Below, in pieces: positions 33,753 through 44,015 of a stretch of 64,000 bases of DNA. The notes under the pieces are model-generated. The model saw only the letters and a list, made by a program, of their open reading frames with translations, ran no database searches and was not told the DNA's origin. Positions within the stretch are counted from its first letter, which is position 1. The number at the start of each line of letters is the position of its first letter. Made by a program: the position numbers and the translations under genes. This DNA is from Methanomassiliicoccaceae archaeon. GTDB lineage: Archaea; Thermoplasmatota; Thermoplasmata; Methanomassiliicoccales; Methanomassiliicoccaceae. Location: NCBI GenBank assembly GCA_963728405.1, contig CAVSJV010000005.1:96001-160000 (forward strand). The letters run 5' to 3'.

Positions 33753-35964
33753 TCAGTCGCCCGATGCCGCAGGAAGAACGATCACGAACCTAGCCCCCTT
33801 GGTGTGATCTCCGGGCACACGGTCCTCGACCCAAACCTCCCCCTCAAATTCCTCGACCAGGCGTTTCACCAGATATAGTCCCAGGCCCCGGCTCACCGGC
33901 TTGGTCAATCCCATCAATGATCGGTCGAAGATCTTGTCCTTGCGTTCGTCGGGAATACCCGGACCGGTGTCCTCGACGCTCACCCGTAGCCGTTCCGTCC
34001 CATCTTGGTCCAGTCGGTTCACCGAGATATTCACGGTGACCGGCCCGGAAGAGTGTTTTATCGCATTGCTGACAATGTTCGAAAAGGCATCCCGGAGAAG
34101 GCCGGAGGCCTGCGCCCAACAGTGGTCCAGTTTCTCAAGATTGATGATGACCTTCCGATCCGGCGGGTTCTCATAGGCTTCCTTGACCTCCCTGAGTATC
34201 CTGCATAGATCAATGGGTTGGGCCTTCTCCCTTCCCGCTTCCACCATCTTCAGGTCCCGGACATTGGCGATCAGCTCTGAGCTGTTGCCCAACACCTGTA
34301 GGGGACCGACGATGAGCTTTCGGTCCTTCTCGTCCAACTTGAGCCTCATCTCCGCAAGCTGCAGGTAGCCTAAGGCCGCGGTGTTGTAATTGCTGATATC
34401 GTGGGTGAGCAGATCGACATAGATCTCGGCCCTCGACTTGGCCTCCTCCAGGTCCTTTTCAAGCCGTTTCCGCTCGGTTATGTCGATGAAGATCGTGGCG
34501 AACTGACCCTTAATCGGCGAGGAGATGGAAATGAAAAAGTACCTGTCCATGGGAGCGAAATAGGTCTCCAGCGTCGCTGGCTTCCCGGTCACGCATACCT
34601 TGGAGTAGATGTCCAAGTAGGGAGGCTCGTCAGTGCCGTACAGCTCAGAGGCCAGTTTACCCGCGGCCTTGCTCTTGGTTATGCCGGTGATGCGCTCATA
34701 GGCGGGATTGACATCGAGGATGCGATAGTCGATGATCCTGCCCTTTTCGTCATAAACGGCGTCATGGAGTGCTATCCCTTCGTTGCTGGCATAGAACAAC
34801 GACTCGAACTTCCTTCGGGCATGGACCATCTCCTCCTCGGCCTTCTTACGTTCGGTGATATCGGTAAAGAACCCCAGAACGACCGGACCATCGCCCAGGT
34901 CCACGCGGGTAATGGCCGCTTGAAAAGGGAAGGTCGAGCCATCCTTTCGAAGCCCGCGGAGTTCCATCTCGGCCCCTGTTTTGCGGCCTTCCTCCATACT
35001 AAGGGCGAACTCCAAGGCTCTTTTTCGGTCCTCCTGGGCGATCTGCTCTATGAACGGGCGGCCATTTAGCTCTTCGAGGCTCCCATAGCCGAACATCTCC
35101 AGGTATCGAGGGTTGCCGAAGGTGGTCATCCCGTTACGGGACATGGCTATGGCCACGGGGGCGTTCTCGATGAGCGAGCTGAACCACCTCTCCCCGGCTC
35201 TCAACCCTTCCTCCATTTGTTTACGATCGGTGATGTCCCGGGCGATCCCGACCACGCCGATGGTCCGTCCATGGCGGTCGCGATACGGTGTCTTGGAAGT
35301 GAGAAAAGTACGGTAACCGCTAGGGGTCCGTATGCTCTCCTCCATCACCTCACCGATACCGGACCGCAAGATGCGGCGGTCGTTGACCATGGCGTTCCTG
35401 GCAACCTCGGGATCTAAGTTGATCTCGAGGTCGTTCTTTCCCATAACGTCGTCCAGTGACAAGCCGAACGCCTCCAAGGTGGCAGGGTTGACCATCAGGT
35501 AGCGGCCCCTTTGATCCTTGATGAAAATAGGATCACCAGCACCATCCAGAATGGCTTGAAGTCGTTCTTCTCTATCTCGCAGACTCTCCAATTCCTTTCG
35601 TTCGGTGATGTCCGCGGCAGTCGTGAACTGTCCCTCGAACCTTTCCATCAGCTCCCGCAACTGGCACTATGCGAAACTCGTAATATCTCGTGCCATCATG
35701 CATGGAGGACAGCTCTCCTTTCGAGGGCTCCCCTGTGATAATGGCCTCATTTCTAAGACCATCGATGGCGCTCATCAGGTCCGATCTATGATCGAGCTCC
35801 GACCAGGTCCCGCTCTCCAGCTCATCTCGGGCCAGGCCAAAAAGCCGAGCAGCGTCGGAGGTCACGAACCTGAACCGGCCGCTTAGGTCCTGGAAAAAAG
35901 CGAGGGTGGGGGTCGAGGCGAACAGCGATCGGAGGAGGGCGTCCTCCTCGATGCGCTCGGACAA
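33753..35964 (-). CDS. Multi-PAS cytoplasmic sensor histidine kinase, frameshift at ~35670
   Basis: Repeated DITERK PAS/PAC ends; THDISN H-box; NAIKH, DTGPG, GLGLYL. Confidence 0.9.
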
Positions 35965-36239
35965 CTCCGTCGGTAAAGGTTCCTTAATCGATCCTACTCT
36001 CAGGATTTGTCACTACTCCACCTCGTTAGCTTATCTTTTGTGCGCTCCATGCTCAAGTATGTTAGTTATTGTCTTGGTCATAAGGATGCTCGGCCGGTGC
36101 TCTTCAACTCCATGTTCTAAGACTGGGCTGGTCCTTTCACGCCTTTCTCGGAAGCAGCTCCGGCCTCCATCCTATGGCCGAAATGCACATTAGCGGCCGG
36201 GTTCCAGTTGCTCGATGAACCATCGGAATGGTGAAAACG

Positions 36240-36500
36240 ATGAGGTCGCAGCCAAAGGAAAAGGTCATGTGGGCAAGGTCATCGCCGCCGGCCTGGACCG
36301 CGTGGGACACGAGACCAGGTTTTCGGGCACCGGGACCCCCTCGAATCAGTGTAGGCGGCCACGGGATGGGGTGAACTGGTCGTTCTGGTCGTGCCGTTCT
36401 CCCAGATAAGTAGGGTGGCTGGAGAGATCGGCTCGAATGGCGATAGACACTGATCGATGCGACCAACGCCATAGGTCCGAACGGGGCCCTGGGACCCTTA
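36240..36500 (+). pseudogene. Decayed F420-dependent NADP oxidoreductase-family gene (N-terminal part)
   Basis: GKGHVG...GHE, then WGELVVLVVPF, then LIDATNAI, separated by frameshifts, with an in-frame TAG; truncated. Confidence 0.6.
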
Positions 36501-36590
36501 TCGTGCTCGGAGCAGACCGCGCCCCGGCGATCGTGTGAACGTTCCTTCGTGGGCGTGTTTTATTGCCATCGGTTGCTACTAGGCACAAAT

Positions 36591-36782
36591 ATGTGTGAGT
36601 CGGTGGTACTGCTCAAGGAGGACAAGGGGATTAGCACGATCATGCCCGATGCTGTCGCCATCGTTCCGGTCAGGGGCGGCCTCCGGTGCGTCAATGTCCT
36701 TGGCGAAACCAAGGACCTCGACCGGGTCCGCCTGTTGGAAATGGACCTGCTCCGGCATCGCGTCATCCTCGAGAGGGTGTGA
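36591..36782 (+). CDS. cooT: CooT nickel-binding protein
   Basis: MCES N-terminus, NVLGE, C-terminal DLLRH; 63 aa, directly upstream of cooC. Confidence 0.85.
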   Translation: MCESVVLLKEDKGISTIMPDAVAIVPVRGGLRCVNVLGETKDLDRVRLLEMDLLRHRVILERV

Positions 36783-37604
36783 ATGGCGCTGAAGGTCGCC
36801 GTGTCCGGCAAGGGAGGGGTGGGCAAGACCACCGTAGCCGCCATCCTGGCATCGCTGTATGCGCGGGAGGGCCGCAAGGTGATCGCCGTGGACGCCGACC
36901 CGGCCTCATCGCTCCCGGCCGCCCTGGGGGTGCCGGAGGCGGAGCGGGCCGGCCTGGTCCCTCTGTCGCAGATGCTCGACCTGATCGAGGAGAGGACGGG
37001 GGCCAGGCCAGGGGATGGTTCGGGCGGGTTGTTCTCGCTGAACCCCCGGGTCGACGACCTGGTGGACCGGTATGGCCTACGGGGACAGGAAGGGGTCCGG
37101 CTTCTCGTCCTGGGCACCATCAAGGGCCCCGGCACCGGCTGCTTCTGTCCGGAGAGCTCCCTGCTGAAAAGCCTGCTCCGGCACCTCGTCCTGGAGGACG
37201 ACCATCTGCTCATAATCGACATGGAGGCCGGGCTGGAGCATCTGGGCCGATCGACACTGCAGGGGGTCGATATCCTCCTGGTAGTGGCCGAGCCTGGCCA
37301 GCGATCGATCGACACCGCCGCGAGAATAGCGTCGATGGCCCGGGAGCTGGGGGTCAGGAACATCTACGCCGTGCTGAACAAGGTCTCCTCGCCGGAGCAG
37401 GAGGCCGAGCTGCGTCGTTTGCTCGGCGAAAGGTCCTTGGAATGTATGGGGGTGGTCCCCCTGGACGCGAGGATGGTGGAGGCGGACCTGGCCGGGAGGG
37501 CCACCATGGGCTCGGGGGCCGAAGGGGCGCTGGAGGCGGTGGCCCGGCTGAAGGAACGGATCGATTCGCATTGGGGCAATGATGACGCCAAAGGTTTGTT
37601 ATAA
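36783..37604 (+). CDS. cooC: CODH nickel-insertion ATPase
   Basis: GKGGVGKT, DADP, GCFC and DMEAGLEH. Confidence 0.93.
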   Translation: MALKVAVSGKGGVGKTTVAAILASLYAREGRKVIAVDADPASSLPAALGVPEAERAGLVPLSQMLDLIEERTGARPGDGSGGLFSLNPRVDDLVDRYGLRGQEGVRLLVLGTIKGPGTGCFCPESSLLKSLLRHLVLEDDHLLIIDMEAGLEHLGRSTLQGVDILLVVAEPGQRSIDTAARIASMARELGVRNIYAVLNKVSSPEQEAELRRLLGERSLECMGVVPLDARMVEADLAGRATMGSGAEGALEAVARLKERIDSHWGNDDAKGLL

Positions 37605-37627
37605 ATGATGCTGACAACTTGGACAGT

Positions 37628-39565
37628 ATGAGCGACGAGTACCCGGAGATCCTTTCTGTCGAGTGTCTAAGAGTCCCGCCCAAGCAGTTGAAGCCGGAGG
37701 AGGTGGACCAGAAGGCGGAGGACCGAACCCTGGACCCCTCGTCGCAGGCGGTGCTCAAGAAGGCCATGCGCGAGGGCACCGAGACGGTATGGGACCGTTT
37801 GGAGAGGCAGACCCCTCACTGCAAGTTCTGCTCGCAAGGCATATCCTGCCAGCGGTGCGCCATGGGGCCTTGTAGGATAATGGGTGGCGACCGCACCAGG
37901 GGCGTGTGTGGGAACGATGCCGATCTTATAGTGGCCCGAAATCTCCTTGACTGGGTGTCCATGGGGGCGGCCGCCCACTCCGATCACGGCCGCGAGGTCG
38001 TAGAGGCGATGCTCAAGGCCGCCCGGGGACAAGCTCCCGAATATGCGGTCTCCGACACGGTGAAGCTCAAGAAGATCGCCCAGGAGTATGGCATCGACAC
38101 GTCCGGACCGGTCAACAAGATCGCCGAGATGCTCGCATTGGCCATGCTCGAAGAGTTCGGTACCATAAAGGGCGAACTGCAGCTGATCAAGCGCGCACCG
38201 GCCGCCAATGTCGACCTCTGGAGGTCGATCAACATCCTTCCGCGCAGCATTGACCGCGAGATCGTCGAAGCGATGCACCGGGTGCACATGGGCGTGGGTA
38301 ACGAGCCCACCGGTGTGGTGATGCACGGCTTCAAGGCGTCGATGGGCGACGGATGGGGCGGGTCGATGATGGGCACGGAGATATCAGACGTCATGTTCGG
38401 GACGCCCGAACCGAAGCGTTCCAAGGTCAACCTGGGGGTGCTGAAGCACGACCAGGTAAACGTCTCGCTGCATGGTCACAACCCCATCCTATCAGAGATG
38501 GTCCTCCGGGCCGCCTCCCTCCCCGAGCTGCAGGCTAGGGCCAAGAGCGTCGGCGCCACAGGCATCAATCTCGTCGGGCTTTGTTGCACCGGCAATGAGC
38601 TTCTTCAGAGAAAGGGAATCCCGCAGGCCGGCAATCACCTGGACCAGGAACTGGTCATCACCACCGGGGCGCTGGAAGCGATGGTCGTGGACTACCAGTG
38701 CATCTTTCCGTCGTTAGCTTACACAGCCGCATGCTACCACACCAAGGTAATAGCGACCTCGCCCAAGGCCAACATGTCCGGGGCCGTGTACATGGAGATC
38801 AGCCCGGAGAACGCCTTCCAGCAATCGCAGCGCATCCTCGAGCTGGCCATCGACAACTATCCCAACCGGGTGAAGGAGAGGGTGTTCATCCCGGATAAGC
38901 CGGTCGACGTCATGGTCGGGTTCTCGGTGGAATCGATCGCCAATGCCCTAGGGGGTAGCCTGAAACCGCTGCTTGACGTCATCCTCTCCGGTAAGATCAG
39001 AGGGTGCGCGGGGATCGTCGGATGCAATAACCCCCACATCCGGCACGACGCCTCCCACGTGGCTCTGGCCAAGGAGCTGATCAAGCGTGATATCCTATGC
39101 GTGGAGACGGGGTGTGCATCGATCGCCTGCGCCAAGGCTGGTCTGATGCTCCCCGAGTCGATATCCCAGGCCGGGAAGGGCATACAGGAGGTGTGCGGCT
39201 CATTAGGCATCCCGCCGGTCCTACACATGGGCTCCTGTGTAGACAACACGCGCATCCTGAACCTGGTGGCCGAGCTGGCCCGCCTGGCCGGCGTGCGCAT
39301 CGATCAGCTTCCGGTGGCCGGGGCAGCCCCTGAGTGGTACTCTCCCAAGGCAGTATCGATCGCCGAGTACTTCGTAGGCAGTGGTGTGAGCACCGTGCTG
39401 GGAGTGATGCCCCGCGTCGGAGGAAGCCCTAAGGTGACCAAGTTGCTGACCGATGGCATCGAAAGCTCCATGAACGCCAAGTTCTGGGTGGAGCCTGATC
39501 CCAAGAAGGCGGCAGCTCTGATCTACGATCATATCGAGACGAAGCGCAAGGCGCTGGGATTGTGA
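37628..39565 (+). CDS. cooS: Monofunctional Ni,Fe carbon monoxide dehydrogenase
   Basis: CKFC...CQRCAMGPC...GVCG, HSDH, HGHNP, CCTGNE, DYQC, GCNN, TGCA, GSCVD, SPKA. Confidence 0.95.
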   Translation: MSDEYPEILSVECLRVPPKQLKPEEVDQKAEDRTLDPSSQAVLKKAMREGTETVWDRLERQTPHCKFCSQGISCQRCAMGPCRIMGGDRTRGVCGNDADLIVARNLLDWVSMGAAAHSDHGREVVEAMLKAARGQAPEYAVSDTVKLKKIAQEYGIDTSGPVNKIAEMLALAMLEEFGTIKGELQLIKRAPAANVDLWRSINILPRSIDREIVEAMHRVHMGVGNEPTGVVMHGFKASMGDGWGGSMMGTEISDVMFGTPEPKRSKVNLGVLKHDQVNVSLHGHNPILSEMVLRAASLPELQARAKSVGATGINLVGLCCTGNELLQRKGIPQAGNHLDQELVITTGALEAMVVDYQCIFPSLAYTAACYHTKVIATSPKANMSGAVYMEISPENAFQQSQRILELAIDNYPNRVKERVFIPDKPVDVMVGFSVESIANALGGSLKPLLDVILSGKIRGCAGIVGCNNPHIRHDASHVALAKELIKRDILCVETGCASIACAKAGLMLPESISQAGKGIQEVCGSLGIPPVLHMGSCVDNTRILNLVAELARLAGVRIDQLPVAGAAPEWYSPKAVSIAEYFVGSGVSTVLGVMPRVGGSPKVTKLLTDGIESSMNAKFWVEPDPKKAAALIYDHIETKRKALGL

Positions 39566-39706
39566 TGGTCATTGATTAAAAGATGAAGGAGATGGGTCAA
39601 AACAGACCGTAAGTAGCAAATCGCATCATACGTTCGAAGACTTCGCTTGCGGTCCTCTCGTCTACCTAAGCGAATTGGACGCTCGATCCGCCCTAGTGCT
39701 CATGGT

Positions 39707-40090
39707 CTATGACTTTAGGAACTTGATATATTCTAGAGTCTCATCCTTCTGGAAGGTCGCCAACATCTCCCTGATCGATCCCGCGGTGCCCCCGATCAAG
39801 AAGACATCCAGGCACTTACCGTCCTTCAGGTGGGAATGGACCTGGGTTTTTATGTTCCCCTGGTATTCGTGCCGGGCCTCGTCCAGACCATGGCCTTCCT
39901 GGGCATTATGTACCGCGATCATGATCCCTTCGACCTCGCCATCCATTTTCTCCCTCTCCTTGATCTCCGCCTCGGCAGAACGAAGACACACCCGTATCGC
40001 TTCGCTCCTGCCCGCCAGGCCCAGTAACTGTTGGAGCTTGTCCAGGTCCTCAATGTTCTTATCGGTCAAGGAAACACTGATAACAGTCAT
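39707..40090 (-). CDS. NikR-like ribbon-helix-helix metalloregulator
   Basis: VISVSL...RSEAIR RHH region; HSHL...C metal motif. Confidence 0.85.
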   Translation of the reverse strand: MTVISVSLTDKNIEDLDKLQQLLGLAGRSEAIRVCLRSAEAEIKEREKMDGEVEGIMIAVHNAQEGHGLDEARHEYQGNIKTQVHSHLKDGKCLDVFLIGGTAGSIREMLATFQKDETLEYIKFLKS

Positions 40091-40110
40091 GTTGCGCATG
40101 ATGTGGTAAC

Positions 40111-40155
40111 TGTTAATAGCATATTTATAAGACGCTGTATTGAAGTTAATAGTCA
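40111..40155. promoter_or_regulatory. Divergent promoter with two GTTAATAG operator-like boxes flanking a TTTATAA box
   Basis: TGTTAATAGCA at 40111-40121 and TTGAAGTTAATAGTCA at 40140-40155; both recur at 41736-41783. Confidence 0.65.
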
Positions 40156-40199
40156 TTGTTATATCTGTTGATATCTTATTGCATCAACGGTGGGAAAAA

Positions 40200-41549
40200 G
40201 TGGCTCTAAAAAGGAACACCAGGATATTCTTGTCAATAGTTCTCGTTGGCGTACTGGTGGTAGCCGGGACCACGGTCATGCTCTCCTCGAGCAGTTCATC
40301 GAAATCGGGTAAGATGAGCGTCGTGGCAAGTTTCTACCCACTTTATTATTTTTCATCAGAGATCGGGAAAGATCGTGTCGAGGCCAGCATGCTGATCCCG
40401 GACAACTCGGAACCTCATTCCTGGGAGCCAAGCCCTTCCGATATAAGAAAAGTGAACGATGCGGATGTGCTCGTGTACAATGGGCAGGGATTCGAGCCAT
40501 GGATGGATGCGTTCCTAGGATCGGCGGATAACCCGGACCTGGTCCTCGTGGACACCAGCAAAAACGTCTCTCTGCACATGTCCGTGGAGGTCCGTGAGGT
40601 GTACGAAGCGGCGATGGCGGTCCTGGGGACGGGAACAACCTCCGAGGTCACGGCAACGGCCTCCGCGGATTCTGCGACAACGGTGGACGCTAATGGCTTC
40701 ATCGCCGTTAATCTAGTACCGATCTCTGGAGGTAACGGGGGTTACATCAAGGTCCAGTCAATGGATGGAGGGGACCTCCGGTTCTTTGTCACCAATGCCA
40801 CCTCATTTACGATAACCTCGCCCGACGGAACCGAGGTGGCGTCTGAGCTTGATAATGGAAAGGTCAGCTGGTATCCCATGTTCAACGGTTCGAAATTCGT
40901 CGAACTGGAGGCTGGCACTGCCTACGATGTCTCCTTCGGGCCCAGCGATTCGGACGGCACCGGATTGATCATCGTTGCAGGTCAAGAGGGCAGCACCGAG
41001 GGAGGCGAGGAACACCACCACGGTCTGAACGATCCTCACTTCTGGTTAGATCCGCTGAGCGCAAAGGTCCAAGTGGACAACATCCTGCAGGCGTTCGTCC
41101 ATACTGATCCGGGGAACGCCACATTCTATGAGCAGAACGCGGCGGACCTGAACTCTCGTCTGGATGCATTGAACCAAGAATTCGTCGATGGTCTGTCCGG
41201 CCGGAACAAGAACGCCATAATCACCACGCATGAGGGCTTCGACTATCTCGCCGAACGCTACGGTTTCGAAGCATACGCGGCCATTGGCATATCGGCCGAT
41301 TCCCAGCCTAGCGCCCAGGACCTGGCAGACCTGGCCGACATGGTCCGGGAGCTCGATCTGAAATACGTATATTCCGAGCCCATATTCTCGGACTCAGTGA
41401 TGGAAACGATCGCATCGGAGACGGGGACGCAGGTGTTGGTCCTCGATGGCATTCACGGGAGGTCCGGGGTCCATGCGGGCATGGATTATTTCCAGATAAT
41501 GCGAGCCAATCTGGAGGCATTGAAGATCGGCCTAGAGGTCCCTTCCTGA
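40200..41549 (+). CDS. Metal ABC transporter substrate-binding protein (ZnuA/TroA-like) with large insertion
   Basis: N-terminal TM anchor; SFYPL, EPHSWEP, DPHFWLDP, THEGFDY. Confidence 0.9.
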   Translation: MALKRNTRIFLSIVLVGVLVVAGTTVMLSSSSSSKSGKMSVVASFYPLYYFSSEIGKDRVEASMLIPDNSEPHSWEPSPSDIRKVNDADVLVYNGQGFEPWMDAFLGSADNPDLVLVDTSKNVSLHMSVEVREVYEAAMAVLGTGTTSEVTATASADSATTVDANGFIAVNLVPISGGNGGYIKVQSMDGGDLRFFVTNATSFTITSPDGTEVASELDNGKVSWYPMFNGSKFVELEAGTAYDVSFGPSDSDGTGLIIVAGQEGSTEGGEEHHHGLNDPHFWLDPLSAKVQVDNILQAFVHTDPGNATFYEQNAADLNSRLDALNQEFVDGLSGRNKNAIITTHEGFDYLAERYGFEAYAAIGISADSQPSAQDLADLADMVRELDLKYVYSEPIFSDSVMETIASETGTQVLVLDGIHGRSGVHAGMDYFQIMRANLEALKIGLEVPS

Positions 41550-41735
41550 AACCTTTTCTTCTCCCCATAGGTCGCCTTCTCGGGTTATGTTCGAGCAACA
41601 ATATCGGGGACCGCCGGTCAAGAAAACCCGGTGGACGACCCAATAGCACAGCTGACCGTGTATTGTTAAGCACAATGCAGGACCTAGGTTAGTGAGCAAT
41701 GATCACAAATTGTTAATTACATTGACTAATTTATG

Positions 41736-41783
41736 TTGAAGTTAATAGTCAATATTAAAAATACCTGCAATTTGTTAATAGCA
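41736..41783. promoter_or_regulatory. Second copy of the operator-like boxes, upstream of the ABC ATPase
   Basis: Exact 16 bp (41736-41751) and 11 bp (41773-41783) matches to 40111-40155. Confidence 0.65.
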
Positions 41784-41943
41784 GAATCTTTATCCATTGA
41801 TAACATAAAGCAAGATCGTTATCTCGTGCAGATGGGAAGTAATGCTATGGATCGCCAATCCCGTGGCGGTTCCAGGTGGACTACGACCTCCTTACCACAA
41901 GGGTGGCATTATCGATCTAAAAACTCGAGACCGGCGGACAACC

Positions 41944-42720
41944 ATGACGGAAAAGATCGTAGAGGCCAAGGATGTCGTTGTCAAGTACAACGGCATAACT
42001 GTTCTTGATAGTGTATCGCTTGACGTCATGAAAGGGGATTTTCTCGGCATAGTTGGCCCCAACGGGGGTGGGAAAACGACCCTCCTGAACGCCCTCTTGG
42101 GTAACCTCAACGTCACGTCCGGGGAAATTAGGCTCTTCGGGACCGAGATTGGCAAGTTCAAGGACTATCATAAGATTGGCTATGTGGCCCAGCATGCCAT
42201 CCAGTTCGACCCCCTTTTTCCGGCCACCGTCGAGGAGATCGTGCGCTTGGGCTGCATATCCAGAAAGAGATTGGGGAGAAGATTGACCTCAGAGGATAAA
42301 ATTGCCGTCAGTAGGGCGATGGAGGTTGCCGGTATCGACAACATCCGGAACAGGAAGATAAGCGAATTGTCAGGGGGTCAAAAGCAACGCATATTCATCG
42401 CTAAAGCATTGGTCAAGAACCCCGAGCTCCTCATCCTGGACGAGGCGACCAGTGGATTGGACGTCTCTATTCAAGATCGTTTCGTGGGTCTGCTCAGGAA
42501 GCTGAGAGACGAGGCCGGGGTAACGATAATCACGGTTTCACACGATCTGTCCAGTGTTATGTGTCAGGCCAATAAGCTGGCCATCGTCAACAAGAAGCTG
42601 TTGCAAACAGAGATCACCGAGGGCATGGACCCTACCGAGGCGCTACGGGATGCATACGGTGAGCATTTCACGTTCGTCTTCCACAGGCATAGGGACGACT
42701 GTATCATCCATAGTGGGTAG
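41944..42720 (+). CDS. Metal ABC transporter ATPase (ZnuC-like)
   Basis: GPNGGGKT, LSGGQ, LDE and SHD. Confidence 0.92.
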   Translation: MTEKIVEAKDVVVKYNGITVLDSVSLDVMKGDFLGIVGPNGGGKTTLLNALLGNLNVTSGEIRLFGTEIGKFKDYHKIGYVAQHAIQFDPLFPATVEEIVRLGCISRKRLGRRLTSEDKIAVSRAMEVAGIDNIRNRKISELSGGQKQRIFIAKALVKNPELLILDEATSGLDVSIQDRFVGLLRKLRDEAGVTIITVSHDLSSVMCQANKLAIVNKKLLQTEITEGMDPTEALRDAYGEHFTFVFHRHRDDCIIHSG

Positions 42721-42728
42721 GTGAGAAA

Positions 42729-43601
42729 ATGACCTTTTCCCTCGATATGCTCTCGATGTTCGATTATGCCTTCTTCCAGCGCGCATTCATAGGCGGCATA
42801 TGTGCGGCTACACTATGCTCGATATTAGGAGTGTTCATAGTGCTGAGAAGAGCGGCCCTCATCGGGGAAGGTGTAGCTCACCTATCTTTCGGCGGAATAG
42901 CCCTCGGTCTTTTCTTGTCGATATATCCTTTGGACACCGCTCTTCTTCTGTCCTTGCTGGGGATCTTGGCCATCGCCTATATGCAACGGAAGAAGATTGT
43001 CTACTCGGAGATGGCCATAGGCATAATGATCTCCTTCGGCCTTGGGTTGGGCGCTGTATTGGCCAGCCTCGCTGGCGGGTTCAACGTGGACCTATTCTCC
43101 TACCTGTTTGGTTCAGTTCTGACAATCTCGAGCAACGATCTTCTTCTCATTATCGCCTTGTCCATAGGGGTGCTGGGGTTCGTCCTCCTGTTCTTTAACG
43201 AACTCATGCATATGACCTTCGATGAGCAGGGCGCCCGGCTGTCAGGGGTCCCCGTGCTCATCTTCGACCTTGCCTTCAACATCGTTCTTGCTTTCACGGT
43301 GGTGGTGTCCATAAAGATCGTCGGCTCCCTTCTGGTATCCGCCCTCCTGATCATACCCGCCTCATCGGCCATGCAGTTATCCAGATCGTTCCGTTCGACG
43401 GTGATGATAAGCATAGTGTTCGGCATGATCGCCGTGGTGCTGGGCCTGATATCGTCCTACATCTATGATATCGCAACGGGGGGCGCTATCGTCCTTATCA
43501 GTATCGGTATGTTCCTACTATGTGTACTACTGAAGAAGTTCATCGGGACGGACGAGCAGGCCAAGATCGAGTCGGACGATAGTACCACGAAAACAAATTG
43601 A
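42729..43601 (+). CDS. Metal ABC transporter permease (ZnuB-like)
   Basis: Multi-TM; AHLSFGG, YLFGS, VGSLLVSALLIIP. Confidence 0.92.
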   Translation: MTFSLDMLSMFDYAFFQRAFIGGICAATLCSILGVFIVLRRAALIGEGVAHLSFGGIALGLFLSIYPLDTALLLSLLGILAIAYMQRKKIVYSEMAIGIMISFGLGLGAVLASLAGGFNVDLFSYLFGSVLTISSNDLLLIIALSIGVLGFVLLFFNELMHMTFDEQGARLSGVPVLIFDLAFNIVLAFTVVVSIKIVGSLLVSALLIIPASSAMQLSRSFRSTVMISIVFGMIAVVLGLISSYIYDIATGGAIVLISIGMFLLCVLLKKFIGTDEQAKIESDDSTTKTN

Positions 43602-44015
43602 TGAAGATATTTGTTCTCAGGGCCCGTTCGGGCTGCAGAAGACGGTCGCACCCGATGATCGGCCACTTCCCGATATCCGAAATTATTGACCGGGCTCCGA
43701 TGCCCCCATCCTGTCGCCTTGATGGCATGCTCAAATTAGGATAAGGAGCTATTCAATGCCCGCCCCCCTCATCGCACCTTCGATCTGTTTCTATTCTGTC
43801 GCCCCTGCCATGGTCAAAGTCAGCGCCTGGACCGCTGTTGATCAAGATTTATTAAAATCCTACCTATAGGAAAAGTTTCGGGAAAACCACTATATACTGT
43901 AGCCAAAATCGAACCGGCGGAGCGTCCCTCGAAAGGAAAACGCTCCTCCATCCCGACGCGGCCCGTCTTGTTTGGTTCGACCGTGTCGCCGGAAGATGAT
44001 CAGGAGATTACATTA

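Noticed and set aside
36240-36500. Pyrrolysine readthrough at in-frame TAG codons (here and at 3547)
   Set aside because: Both lie in truncated remnants, and the one here also carries frameshifts, so decay is the simpler explanation.
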